Made by a program: the position numbers and the translations under genes. A DNA stretch of 64,000 bases from Geopsychrobacteraceae bacterium (lineage in GTDB: Bacteria; Desulfobacterota; Desulfuromonadia; Desulfuromonadales; Geopsychrobacteraceae), in the NCBI GenBank assembly GCA_963676795.2, contig CAXXTB010000002.1, forward strand, positions 2,304,001-2,368,000. The letters are read 5' to 3'. Shown piece after piece: positions 9,858-18,768 of this stretch (its first letter is position 1; each line of letters begins with the position of its first letter). The notes beneath the pieces were generated by a model, which saw only the letters and a program-made list of their open reading frames with translations, did no database searches and was not told the origin of the DNA.

Positions 9858-10128
9858 CTAGTTACCTGCTCCGCCAACGCTTGGAAATTTGATTTTCGGG
9901 ATAGCTCAGTTTACTCCAGCAAGGGCTCACCGACTTCAGGGTTCCTCTCGGAAGGGTGTATCGCCCGGATGGCGACAGTCAACCCCCATTGACGGGTTAA
10001 TGCGTCCCTGGAGAGGGGGGGATCCTGAAGCCAGGTAGATAACCAGATCCATTTACTATGGTTTCAGGATCCCTTTTGATAACAAATTTCCGCGTAAAAA
10101 TCAGCAAACACCCAGGGTTGCCAAAAAT

Positions 10129-10161
10129 TTCCTCATTTCTTCCACATTCTTTGCACCTTTT
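10129..10161 (+). promoter_or_regulatory. Three 11-bp-phased direct repeats, candidate BaeR/OmpR-family binding site
   Basis: TTCCTCATTTC / TTCCACATTCT / TTGCACCTTTT in exact 11-bp register. Confidence 0.5.
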
Positions 10162-10396
10162 GTTGCTATTCATTTCGACAGCGCATCATACAGCTACATT
10201 TCTATACACACAACCGAGGTTGAGATCCGGGACACGAGCCCCGCCTCAGCAAGCCTATGAACACAGCTATCCGGTCACGGTTGTTTGCGTTAAAAAATGC
10301 CAACTGCAAACCGGCCGTGGTACGAGACAACGCCAAAACGCACAGCTATGTACTTTGGCTCCATAAATCAACACGAAGAGCAGAAGAGGCAAGACC

Positions 10397-11155
10397 ATGT
10401 ACAATATGAAGACCACAACATACGAAGCACCGAGTCAGCCGTTCTTTTCCGCCGTCAAATCAGAAAAAACCATTCTACTGTTTGGTGATGTCAGCAACCA
10501 GGAATGCCTGTTCGTCAAACTCCTGCAGAATGAAGGCTACCGCGTGCACAGGGCGTCTCAGCCAGAGCTGGGCCAACGAATAGTCGAACAGTATCGCCCC
10601 GACATGCTTCTCTTCGATGTCGCCAACACCCCGATGGAACTGATCGGCCAGTGTCACAGTCTGCGTCAGAACTTTACCGGACCGATTCTTATCCTTTCCG
10701 AAACGGCCAACGAGATGACCCAGATTCTTGCCATGGAGATGGGGATCGATGACCTGCTGATCCGCACGGTGAACAACTCATTTATCCTGGCCAAGATCAG
10801 GGCTCTACTGCGCAGAAGCCACGAACTGAAGAACCATAACAGTCAGAAAATTCAGCTGGGAGATCTGGTTATCGATGCCGAACGGCGTGAGGTTCTGGCT
10901 CGCGATGAAGTTGTCGACCTGACAACCCGTGAATTTGACGTCCTCTGGTGCCTGGCCCAGAATACCCGTAAGGTGTTGAGCCGCGACGATATTCATCGCC
11001 AGATCTATAATTCTGAGTACAACGGGTTTGATCGCTCGATCGATATCTATATCTCACGTATCCGGCAGAAAATTGGTGATGACCCGACCCACCCGCGCTA
11101 CCTCAAAACCGTCAGAGGGACAGGTTACCTGCTCGCCGACGAGCGTCCGGCCTGA
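10397..11155 (+). CDS. Orphan OmpR-family response regulator (RstA-like DNA-binding domain) with atypical receiver
   Basis: LTTREFDVL, YNGFDRSIDIYISRIRQKIGDDP, KTVRGTGY; receiver has GD in place of DD/ED and RT in place of KP. Confidence 0.85.
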   Translation: MYNMKTTTYEAPSQPFFSAVKSEKTILLFGDVSNQECLFVKLLQNEGYRVHRASQPELGQRIVEQYRPDMLLFDVANTPMELIGQCHSLRQNFTGPILILSETANEMTQILAMEMGIDDLLIRTVNNSFILAKIRALLRRSHELKNHNSQKIQLGDLVIDAERREVLARDEVVDLTTREFDVLWCLAQNTRKVLSRDDIHRQIYNSEYNGFDRSIDIYISRIRQKIGDDPTHPRYLKTVRGTGYLLADERPA

Positions 11156-11184
11156 GTTCATTTTACAGAAAAGACCACCCCGAT

Positions 11185-11210
11185 CCGCAGTCTTACGGCT
11201 GCGGTTTTTT
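11185..11210 (+). terminator. Intrinsic terminator between regulator and fliD
   Basis: CCGCAGTC-ttac-GGCTGCGG followed by TTTTTT. Confidence 0.65.
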
Positions 11211-11360
11211 ACCAGATGCCTTGTAACAGTTTATTTCACTTTTGTTTCTTCTAGATACCCTTTCACAACACTAGCAAAACAAACAACCTGCGCCCCTGGT
11301 CCGAAAAGATAGTCAGGAAAATGCGGCACTTTCGCTGTCAATCCGAACAGGGAGCAAGCT

Positions 11361-12653
11361 ATGAGTACCATTACATTTGGCGGACTGGCATCAGGTCTTG
11401 ATACGGATTCGATTATCGAAGCCCTGATGGAAATCGAATCGGCACCGCTCGAAACCATGGAAAACGATATCAGTTACTATGAGGCAGAAACCGAGGCCTT
11501 TTCTGAACTGAATGACTTGCTGACAGACTTTCTCGACGTTCTGGAAGATATGGACACAATCAAGGAGCTGTCGACCAATTCGGCCACCTCGAGCAATGAA
11601 AGTCTTCTGACCGCATCCGCCTCCAGCAGCGCCATTGAGGGTTCCTACCATATCGAAGTCGTCAGCTTGGCCGAGGTCCAAAAAGACGTCGTCGATAACG
11701 GGGTCAGCGATACCGATACCACAACCCTGTCCGGCAGCCTGACCATCGGAGAGACGACCATCGATTACAGCGATGTCACTCTTGAAGATCTGGTTGACAT
11801 GATCAACGATTCCGACAGCGGTGTACGGGCCGCGATCATCAACGACGGCAGCGAAAACGGTTATCGTCTCAGCCTGACCGGCGAGGAAGCCGGCGTCACG
11901 ACAGAAATAACCGGAACCGGTGACATCGAGATCGACACCACGACAAATGGCCACACCTACGAGGCATCACAGGCCCATATCATCGTCGACAATGTCGATA
12001 TCTACAGCTCATCAAATACCATCGATGACGCCATCCCCGGTGTGACCCTCGACCTGGTGGATGCCGATCCCGACGAAGCCTTCACCCTGACAATCGAGAC
12101 TGATACCGATTCCATCGAGGATATGCTCGACGATTTCGTCGATGCCTATAACGACATCATCGACTGGATCGACGACCAGAGCGACAGCGACTGGGGGAGC
12201 GACGCCTCCATCCGCACCATGAAAAACAAAATGCAGAGTTTCCTCACCACCAAAGTCTCAGGATCGAGCACTTACAACTGTCTGGCGATGCTTGGTTTCG
12301 AAACCGATTACGAAACCGGCAAGATCAGCATCGACAGCAGCACGTTGCAAGATGCCCTGGAAGAGGATCTTGACGGGGTTCTTGAATTCCTCTCCGGAAC
12401 CAACAGCAGCGATGGCATCACCGATCTGATGGGCGACTACTTTGACAGTATAACCGACCGTGAAAACGGGATCTATGCCGCCCGCTCAGACTCAAATGAC
12501 GCGACGATCTCACGCCTCAATGACCGGATCGACAGGCTCGAAGCCCGACTCGAAAAACGGGAAGAATTTTATCGCGAACAATACACGGCGCTGGAAGAGA
12601 TGATGTCGGAGCTCAATGCCCAACTCTCTTACATCGAAGCCATTGGCAGCTAA
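11361..12653 (+). CDS. fliD: Flagellar filament cap protein (very acidic)
   Basis: N-terminal GLASGLDTDSII.ALM..E, SN...AIPGVTL, FVDAYN, C-terminal coiled coil QYTALE..MS.LN.Q. Confidence 0.9.
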   Translation: MSTITFGGLASGLDTDSIIEALMEIESAPLETMENDISYYEAETEAFSELNDLLTDFLDVLEDMDTIKELSTNSATSSNESLLTASASSSAIEGSYHIEVVSLAEVQKDVVDNGVSDTDTTTLSGSLTIGETTIDYSDVTLEDLVDMINDSDSGVRAAIINDGSENGYRLSLTGEEAGVTTEITGTGDIEIDTTTNGHTYEASQAHIIVDNVDIYSSSNTIDDAIPGVTLDLVDADPDEAFTLTIETDTDSIEDMLDDFVDAYNDIIDWIDDQSDSDWGSDASIRTMKNKMQSFLTTKVSGSSTYNCLAMLGFETDYETGKISIDSSTLQDALEEDLDGVLEFLSGTNSSDGITDLMGDYFDSITDRENGIYAARSDSNDATISRLNDRIDRLEARLEKREEFYREQYTALEEMMSELNAQLSYIEAIGS

Positions 12654-12671
12654 TTTCCAGAGGGGTTTCCC

Positions 12672-13331
12672 ATGTCTGTCTCAAGTGTCGACTCAAGCAC
12701 TCTGCTCAGCAGTTATACCTCCAGTGCAACAAGTACCTCAGCGCTGGATAAGGAAGATTTTCTCACCCTGCTGGTTGCCCAGTTGGAAAACCAGGATCCG
12801 CTCGATCCGCAGGACAACAGCGAATTTGTTGCCCAGATGGCCCAGTTCAGTGCCCTGGAGCAGCAAATCACAACAAACGACTATCTCCAGACGCTGATCT
12901 CTTCAAATCAGGCGATCGAGCAACTGTCAGCGTTCAATCTGCTTGGCCAGACTGTCGTCGCCGAACAGGATAGCTTCACCCTTAGTGATGATGGTGCTGA
13001 AATCGGCTTCTCACTGGAGCAGGACGCCGAGAGCGTCACCCTGGCGATTCTCGACTCCAGCAACAGTGTTGTCGCAACCATCGAACTTGACGATGTCGAA
13101 GCGGGAACGACCTTTACCGACTGGGATGGAACCGACAACAACGGCAACAAACTGGCAGCTGGCGATTACTCCGTCCTGGCCACCGCTATCTACAGTGATG
13201 ACAGCAGTGAATATCTGACAACTCTGCAGCGTGCAGTCGTCACCGGCATCGATACCAGCAGCGACACCATGCTCGAAACAAGCCAGGGGTCCCTGCAACT
13301 CAGCCAGCTGCTTTCGGTCAGTACCAACTAA
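12672..13331 (+). CDS. flgD: Flagellar hook-capping protein
   Basis: DFLTLLVAQLENQDPLDP..EFVAQMAQFSALEQ; WDG.D..G..GDY. Confidence 0.92.
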   Translation: MSVSSVDSSTLLSSYTSSATSTSALDKEDFLTLLVAQLENQDPLDPQDNSEFVAQMAQFSALEQQITTNDYLQTLISSNQAIEQLSAFNLLGQTVVAEQDSFTLSDDGAEIGFSLEQDAESVTLAILDSSNSVVATIELDDVEAGTTFTDWDGTDNNGNKLAAGDYSVLATAIYSDDSSEYLTTLQRAVVTGIDTSSDTMLETSQGSLQLSQLLSVSTN

Positions 13332-13346
13332 GCCAGGAGGTCAGCG

Positions 13347-13619
13347 ATGATGAACCAGAGCAACGATTCGATCCATTTCAGCAAGCATGCAAATGCCCGT
13401 TTGGAGAAACGTAATATCGATTTCACCCGCGGCATGATGTCCCAGCTGGAAAGCGCCTTCGACAGCCTGGCCGGAAAGAATGGCCGCTCAGCACTGGTCC
13501 TCTTCGAACAGCTGGCGCTACTGGTCAGTGTCAGCAAGCGGACGGTCATCACCGTGATCGGCCGTGACCAGCTGCAAAACAATATTTTTACCGATATCGA
13601 CAGCGTTATTTTCGTATAG
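13347..13619 (+). CDS. Small flagellar operon protein (TIGR02530-like)
   Basis: FSKHA..RL..R.I, LVSV..RTVIT, IFT.IDS; usual position between flgD and flgE. Confidence 0.75.
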   Translation: MMNQSNDSIHFSKHANARLEKRNIDFTRGMMSQLESAFDSLAGKNGRSALVLFEQLALLVSVSKRTVITVIGRDQLQNNIFTDIDSVIFV

Positions 13620-13638
13620 ACAGCAAGGAGCGTAAGCC

Positions 13639-14916
13639 ATGGGTCTCTCAAGTACACTTTATACCGGCATCAGCGGCCTGAAGGCCAACTCGGAGGCGAT
13701 GAGCGTCACCGGTAACAATATTTCCAACAGCAACACTGTCGGTTTCAAGACAAGTACCACGCTTTTCTCCGACGTTCTTTCCGCCTCGATCTCAAGCGCC
13801 AGTGGCAGCTCCCAGGTCGGGCGCGGGGTGCAGATCTCGAGCGTGACCAACGTCTTCAGCCAGGGCTCATTTCAGAGCACCTCAAGCTCGACAGATCTGG
13901 CCATCGAAGGGGAAGGTTTCTTCATGGTTAGCGCTGCAGACTCCGAAGAGGTCCTCTACACCCGTAACGGCTCTTTCAGCTTCGATTCCGACGGCTATCT
14001 GGTCAATGATGCCGGCTATCAGGTTCTGGGCATGGCCTATGAACTGAATGCGGATGGTGAATATGAACTGTCGGGCGGCGACCCGACCAATATCCTGGTC
14101 GACTTCAACACCCAGATCCCGGCCAACCAGACCAGCTCCCTGACCCTGACAACCAACCTCGACGCCGGGTCGGATACCATCACCGCCTTTGATATCACAG
14201 ACCCGGATAGTACCTCGAACTATTCAACCTCAACCCAGATCTACGATTCGCTGGGGGACACCCATCTGGTCACGACCTACTTCACCAAAACCGCCGACCA
14301 GACCTGGGAATGGCACACGGTCATCGACAGCAGTGAACTCAATGCGGCGTCTGCAGCAGCGACAGACCTGACAGAGATCGGCAGCGGCACCCTGAGCTTC
14401 GACAGTTCAGGCAATCTGGTCTCCGGCGGCGACGCAACGACCGGCACCATCGGCTGGGCCAACGGTGCAGATACGGGCCAGGACATCGATATGACCTTTG
14501 ACACGACCCAGTTCAGCAGCTCATCGGTGGTTATTTCCCAGAACCAGAACGGTTACGGTCCCGGGGAAGTCGTCGATGTCTCGATCGATGACAGCGGTAA
14601 TGTCATTGCCAGTTATTCCAACGGAGAAAGCATCAACATCGCCATGCTGACCCTGGCCACCTTCAACAACGCCAGTGGTCTCAGTAAAGAAGGGGGCAGC
14701 CTCTACGCCGCATCTGCGGCCTCGGGAACGGCAAGTGTCGGTGTCTCAGGAGCATCACAGGGGACCATCTATACCAGCAGCCTGGAGCTGTCCAATGTCG
14801 ACCTGGCCCAGGAGTTCGTCAACCTGATCACCATCCAGAACGGTTACTCAGCATCTTCCAAGGTCATCACCACGACGGATGAGATGCTTCAGGAACTGAT
14901 CAATCTGAAACGCTAG
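13639..14916 (+). CDS. flgE: Flagellar hook protein
   Basis: GNNISN.NT.GFK, DLAI.G.GFF, YTRNGSF, YDSLG..H, LELSNVDLAQEFV. Confidence 0.93.
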   Translation: MGLSSTLYTGISGLKANSEAMSVTGNNISNSNTVGFKTSTTLFSDVLSASISSASGSSQVGRGVQISSVTNVFSQGSFQSTSSSTDLAIEGEGFFMVSAADSEEVLYTRNGSFSFDSDGYLVNDAGYQVLGMAYELNADGEYELSGGDPTNILVDFNTQIPANQTSSLTLTTNLDAGSDTITAFDITDPDSTSNYSTSTQIYDSLGDTHLVTTYFTKTADQTWEWHTVIDSSELNAASAAATDLTEIGSGTLSFDSSGNLVSGGDATTGTIGWANGADTGQDIDMTFDTTQFSSSSVVISQNQNGYGPGEVVDVSIDDSGNVIASYSNGESINIAMLTLATFNNASGLSKEGGSLYAASAASGTASVGVSGASQGTIYTSSLELSNVDLAQEFVNLITIQNGYSASSKVITTTDEMLQELINLKR

Positions 14917-14949
14917 TAAATTTTGACTGCTGTTTTGAAGGATCAAGTT

Positions 14950-15303
14950 ATGAACGAGCCGTTACACGACAAACTGCTGCGCCTGGAGCACCTGATTGAA
15001 CAGGAACGTCTTTTTGCCATCAGCCTCAGGTTCTCGGAACTGGAAGAGATTCAGGGCCAGAAAAAAGAACTACTGATCGAATTACGTGACTGCCAGGACG
15101 GCTGCCCGAACGAGCTCAAGGAGTTGGCCGGCCGCCTGCGTGACAACAACCGCCGCAACGCCAGGCTGCTGCATACGACATTGACGTTCCTGCGCCAGAC
15201 CATGGCCAGCTGTTGCCAGAGCCTCACGCCGCTCACCTATGGACGCCGGGGCAACCGGATTCAGGGAAGCGCCATCGGTTTTTTGCATGCCGGAAGGATC
15301 TGA
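14950..15303 (+). CDS. flgN: Flagellar export chaperone FlgN-like
   Basis: Helical protein with L...N.RN..LL and C-terminal TYG..G; directly upstream of flgK. Confidence 0.65.
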   Translation: MNEPLHDKLLRLEHLIEQERLFAISLRFSELEEIQGQKKELLIELRDCQDGCPNELKELAGRLRDNNRRNARLLHTTLTFLRQTMASCCQSLTPLTYGRRGNRIQGSAIGFLHAGRI

Positions 15304-15306
15304 CCT

Positions 15307-16692
15307 ATGAGCATCATATCATCACTCTATATCGGAGCATCCGGCCTGTCGGTCAACCAGAAAGGGATCGAAGTCACCGGCAACAACCTGTCGAACCTGA
15401 ATACCGAAGGGTACACCAGACAAACCCTCGAACTCTCCTCAACACCGACCCTTGAGTATGACGGCCAGATGATCGGTAGCGGAGCAACGGTCAGTTCAAT
15501 CAGCCGCGAGACAAACGTTTTCGTCACCCGCCAACTGATGACGAAAAGCGCTGAATACGGCGAGGAGAATGCCAAAAGCACTGTCCTTGCGGAAATCGAA
15601 CAGATTATGTCAATCGACGGCGACGACAGCCTGTCGACATCGATCGACGAGTTTTTCGATGCCTGGCAAGAACTGAGCAACGATCCATCGGCGACACTTG
15701 AAAGACAACAGGTCATGCAGGTCGGTGAAAACCTGGCCGCAAGTTTTCAGACCATGGTCAGCGACCTCGGAACCGTCACCAACAGTATCAACGAGGACCT
15801 CGAAGGCAAGATTACCAGCCTGAACCAACAGCTGCAGCAGATTGCCGACCTGAACGTTCAGATCGTTTCTGCCGAGTCGACCGGCATTTCCGCTAATTCA
15901 TTGCGCGATCAGCGCGACGTCCTGCTCAAGGCTGTCGCGGAAATCGCCGGCATCAGCAACTACGAAGAAGCGAACGGCATGGTCTCTGTTCAGCTTTCCA
16001 GCGGCCTGCCACTGGTCACAGCCGACACGGTCAGCACCCTGGCAACAGAATGGAATTCGGGAGTTCTCGACATCACCCTGACCAGCGGTGCGTCAACCAC
16101 GCAGCTATCCGCCGACGATTTCAGCGGCGAGCTCGGCGGCATGCTGGAGTTGCGCGATGAATACATACCGGACCTGGTCGAGCAGCTCGACATCCTCGCC
16201 TATAACCTGGCAACCGCGGTCAATGCTGTCCACAACTCCGGTATCGACCAGAACAGCAACAGCGGCAGCGATTTCTTCAGTTTTTCCAGCAGCGGCAGCG
16301 ATCCCTGGGATGGCGCAGCTTCGACCCTGACCATGGCCCTGAGTTCAACATCAGAGGTTGCAGCAGGCAACAGTGCGACCAGTGGTGACAACGAAAACAC
16401 CCTGAACATGGTCGCCCTGCAGGATCAGAACCTGATTAACGGAACCAGTACACTGAACAACTATTACGCCAGTATCGCAGCTGCTGTCGGACTGACGGTC
16501 AGCGAGAATGACGCAGCACTAGCGTCTTCGGAAGACAGTCTCACCCAGTTGCAGAACATGCGCGCTTCCGTCTCGGGAGTATCCACCGATGAAGAGATGC
16601 TGATGCTGGTCCAGTACCAGTCCGGCTACGAAGCGGCAGCCCGTTTTCTGACAACCGTCGACGAGATGCTCGACACCCTGATGAGTATGTGA
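15307..16692 (+). CDS. flgK: Hook-associated protein 1
   Basis: GNNLSN.NTEGYTRQ, FF.AWQ.LSNDP, LRDQRD.L, GELGG.L.LRD, SGVS.DEE, YQ..YEAAA. Confidence 0.93.
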   Translation: MSIISSLYIGASGLSVNQKGIEVTGNNLSNLNTEGYTRQTLELSSTPTLEYDGQMIGSGATVSSISRETNVFVTRQLMTKSAEYGEENAKSTVLAEIEQIMSIDGDDSLSTSIDEFFDAWQELSNDPSATLERQQVMQVGENLAASFQTMVSDLGTVTNSINEDLEGKITSLNQQLQQIADLNVQIVSAESTGISANSLRDQRDVLLKAVAEIAGISNYEEANGMVSVQLSSGLPLVTADTVSTLATEWNSGVLDITLTSGASTTQLSADDFSGELGGMLELRDEYIPDLVEQLDILAYNLATAVNAVHNSGIDQNSNSGSDFFSFSSSGSDPWDGAASTLTMALSSTSEVAAGNSATSGDNENTLNMVALQDQNLINGTSTLNNYYASIAAAVGLTVSENDAALASSEDSLTQLQNMRASVSGVSTDEEMLMLVQYQSGYEAAARFLTTVDEMLDTLMSM

Positions 16693-16699
16693 GGTCACT

Positions 16700-17575
16700 A
16701 TGAAAGTCACTGAAATGTCCTTGTTCCGCACCCTGCAGAGCAACCTGAGCAGAAGCAGCACCAACCTCAACGATCTCTATCTGCAGGCCTCAACAGGTAG
16801 CAAACTGATCGACTCCTCCGATGACCCCTCGGCGATCGGCTCGGTATTCAGCTCGAGAACCAGTATCGCCAAGTCGGACCGTTACCTTGAGACCATAAGC
16901 GACACCCAGGACAGTATCGACATTCTTGACGGCTACCTCGACAGCGCCGAGCAGATCATGGTGCGCGCCAAGGAGATTGCTGTTGCCGCAGCGAACGGAT
17001 CATTAAGCCAGGACGATCTCGACACCTACGCCGATGAGGTCGATGAATTGCAGGAAGCGCTGCTGAGTATCGCCAACGCCCAGGTCGACGGCAAATATAT
17101 CTTCGCCGGCTACGATGAAGACAATCAGCCCTTCAGTGGCGACCCGGTTGTCTACACCGGCACCAGCGATCACAAGGTGGTCGAAATCTCCAGCGGGCAG
17201 ACCGTACAGACGAACCTGACCGGGGATGAGGTTTTCATGTCTCCTTACGACAGTTTCAGTATCCTCAGCGACCTGGAAAACAACCTGAGCACCGGCAATA
17301 CCACGGCACTGAACAGCTCTCTGACCGATCTGGAAAACAGTGCCGATCAGATTCGCAGCGTACGCAGTGAAATGGGGAACCTCAACAGCCGTCTCGATGA
17401 TGTCTCAACCATGCTGGAAAACCTGCAACTGCAGATGGAAGAACGCCTCTCCAGCTATCAGGACGCCGACCTGGTTGAGGTCATGAGCGGGATCAGCCAG
17501 GCGGAACTCTCCTACGAAGCTGCCCTGAATGTCAGTTCACGGCTGACGGAGTTGTCGATTCTTGATTATCTGTAA
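16700..17575 (+). CDS. flgL: Hook-associated protein 3
   Basis: STG......SDDP, AN....GKYIFAG, D.D......YEAAL......LSILDYL. Confidence 0.92.
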   Translation: MKVTEMSLFRTLQSNLSRSSTNLNDLYLQASTGSKLIDSSDDPSAIGSVFSSRTSIAKSDRYLETISDTQDSIDILDGYLDSAEQIMVRAKEIAVAAANGSLSQDDLDTYADEVDELQEALLSIANAQVDGKYIFAGYDEDNQPFSGDPVVYTGTSDHKVVEISSGQTVQTNLTGDEVFMSPYDSFSILSDLENNLSTGNTTALNSSLTDLENSADQIRSVRSEMGNLNSRLDDVSTMLENLQLQMEERLSSYQDADLVEVMSGISQAELSYEAALNVSSRLTELSILDYL

Positions 17576-17750
17576 AACCGAAGAGCGCAGAACGGCTCGA
17601 TTGTCGATTGCTTCATGCCATCAAGCCGGGTAAAACCCGGCTTTGCGATTGCGCGAATTCAAGATGCGCAGCATCTTGTTTGAGCGCGTAGAGAATAGCA
17701 GCCCTTAAGCTACGGAGAGAGACAGAAACTGTTTACGTCAGTGTTTTTAA

Positions 17751-17932
17751 GCGCTTTCTTTTGGTTGCGTTTTCTTTGTCGCCACAAAGAAAATGAACCC
17801 GGCTGGCGGGCCGGAACCCGCCGACTTTGCCTTTCTGAATCGAAACATCCTAAAATCAAAACCTCGGGGTCGCGGCCCCGAACGCCGCCCTCCTTTTTGA
17901 CCAGAGCTTCAAAAAGGAGGCAAAAAACGCTC
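17751..17932. repeat. Two facing pyrimidine-tract/hairpin elements (intrastrand-triplex-like dispersed repeats)
   Basis: Plus strand TTTCTTTT..TTTTCTTTG-tcgcca-CAAAGAAAA then GGCGGG/CCCGCC hairpin; minus-oriented copy with 12-bp stem 17889-17900/17909-17920 and GC hairpin 17864-17881. Confidence 0.55.
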
Positions 17933-18003
17933 TTTTTAATGCGTCGGAAGTGTTCCTGCGTTTCTTACGTGGCATCCCACCAGCACCTGACAACACGCCC
18001 AAC

Positions 18004-18024
18004 GATGGGCTTTGCCCATCTGAC
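18004..18024 (-). repeat. REP-like palindrome
   Basis: Minus strand GTCAGATGGGC-AAA-GCCCATC. Confidence 0.35.
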
Positions 18025-18080
18025 GGGCAGAAGCGCAGAAACACCTTTCGGTGTTTCGATGAATTGAAACAATCAAACGT

Positions 18081-18764
18081 TCAGAAATAGCTGATCAGAT
18101 CCCCGTGCGGTGGGACCTCGCCCTTTTTCAACAGCGACGTAAACTCGTCGCGGGAAATCTCCCGCGCGCCGAGAGAAACCAGATGATCGGTGCGCTGCTG
18201 ACAGTCGAGCAGGACAAAACCCTGCTCTTTCAGGTGCTGCACCAGGGCGATCAGGGCCACCTTTGAACCGTTGGTTGCCCGGCTGAACATCGACTCACCA
18301 AAAAAACAGCGCCCCAGGCAGACGCCGTAGATCCCGCCGACCAGCTCTTCACCATCCCAGACCTCCACGGAATGGGCAAAGCCAAGCTCATGCAACCGAA
18401 TGTAGGCCTTTTTCATCTCCGGGGTGATCCAGGTCCCCTCTCCTTCGACCCCGGCACGCAGGGAACGGCACCAGTAGATGACCCGTTCAAAACACGCGTC
18501 AAAACTGACCCGCCAGTCGGTGGTTTTCAGGAACCGGCGCATCGAACGGGAGATGTGCAATTCGGCAGGGAACAGGACACAACGGGGATCGGGAGACCAC
18601 CAGAGAATCGGTTCTCCGGGGTTATACCAGGGAAAGATGCCGAGGCTGTAGGCAAACAGCAGACGCTGAACCGAGAGGTCCCCGCCGATCGCAAGCAGAC
18701 CACAGTCGTCTGCTTCGTCGACCGACGGGAACCATAGCTCGTCATCAAGTTGATAAAAAGCCAT
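18081..18764 (-). CDS. aat: Leucyl/phenylalanyl-tRNA--protein transferase
   Basis: GLLAIGGDL, GIFPW, WWSPDPR, AHSVEVW, FFGESMFS, DCQ. Confidence 0.95.
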   Translation of the reverse strand: MAFYQLDDELWFPSVDEADDCGLLAIGGDLSVQRLLFAYSLGIFPWYNPGEPILWWSPDPRCVLFPAELHISRSMRRFLKTTDWRVSFDACFERVIYWCRSLRAGVEGEGTWITPEMKKAYIRLHELGFAHSVEVWDGEELVGGIYGVCLGRCFFGESMFSRATNGSKVALIALVQHLKEQGFVLLDCQQRTDHLVSLGAREISRDEFTSLLKKGEVPPHGDLISYF

Positions 18765-18768
18765 TCAA

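Noticed and set aside
11324..11340. CGGCAC..CTGT as a sigma-54 promoter for fliD
   Set aside because: The -12 GC dinucleotide is absent at the required spacing
17741..18067. 108-aa ORF in the flgL-aat gap
   Set aside because: Runs through palindromic repeats; no RBS or protein-like features
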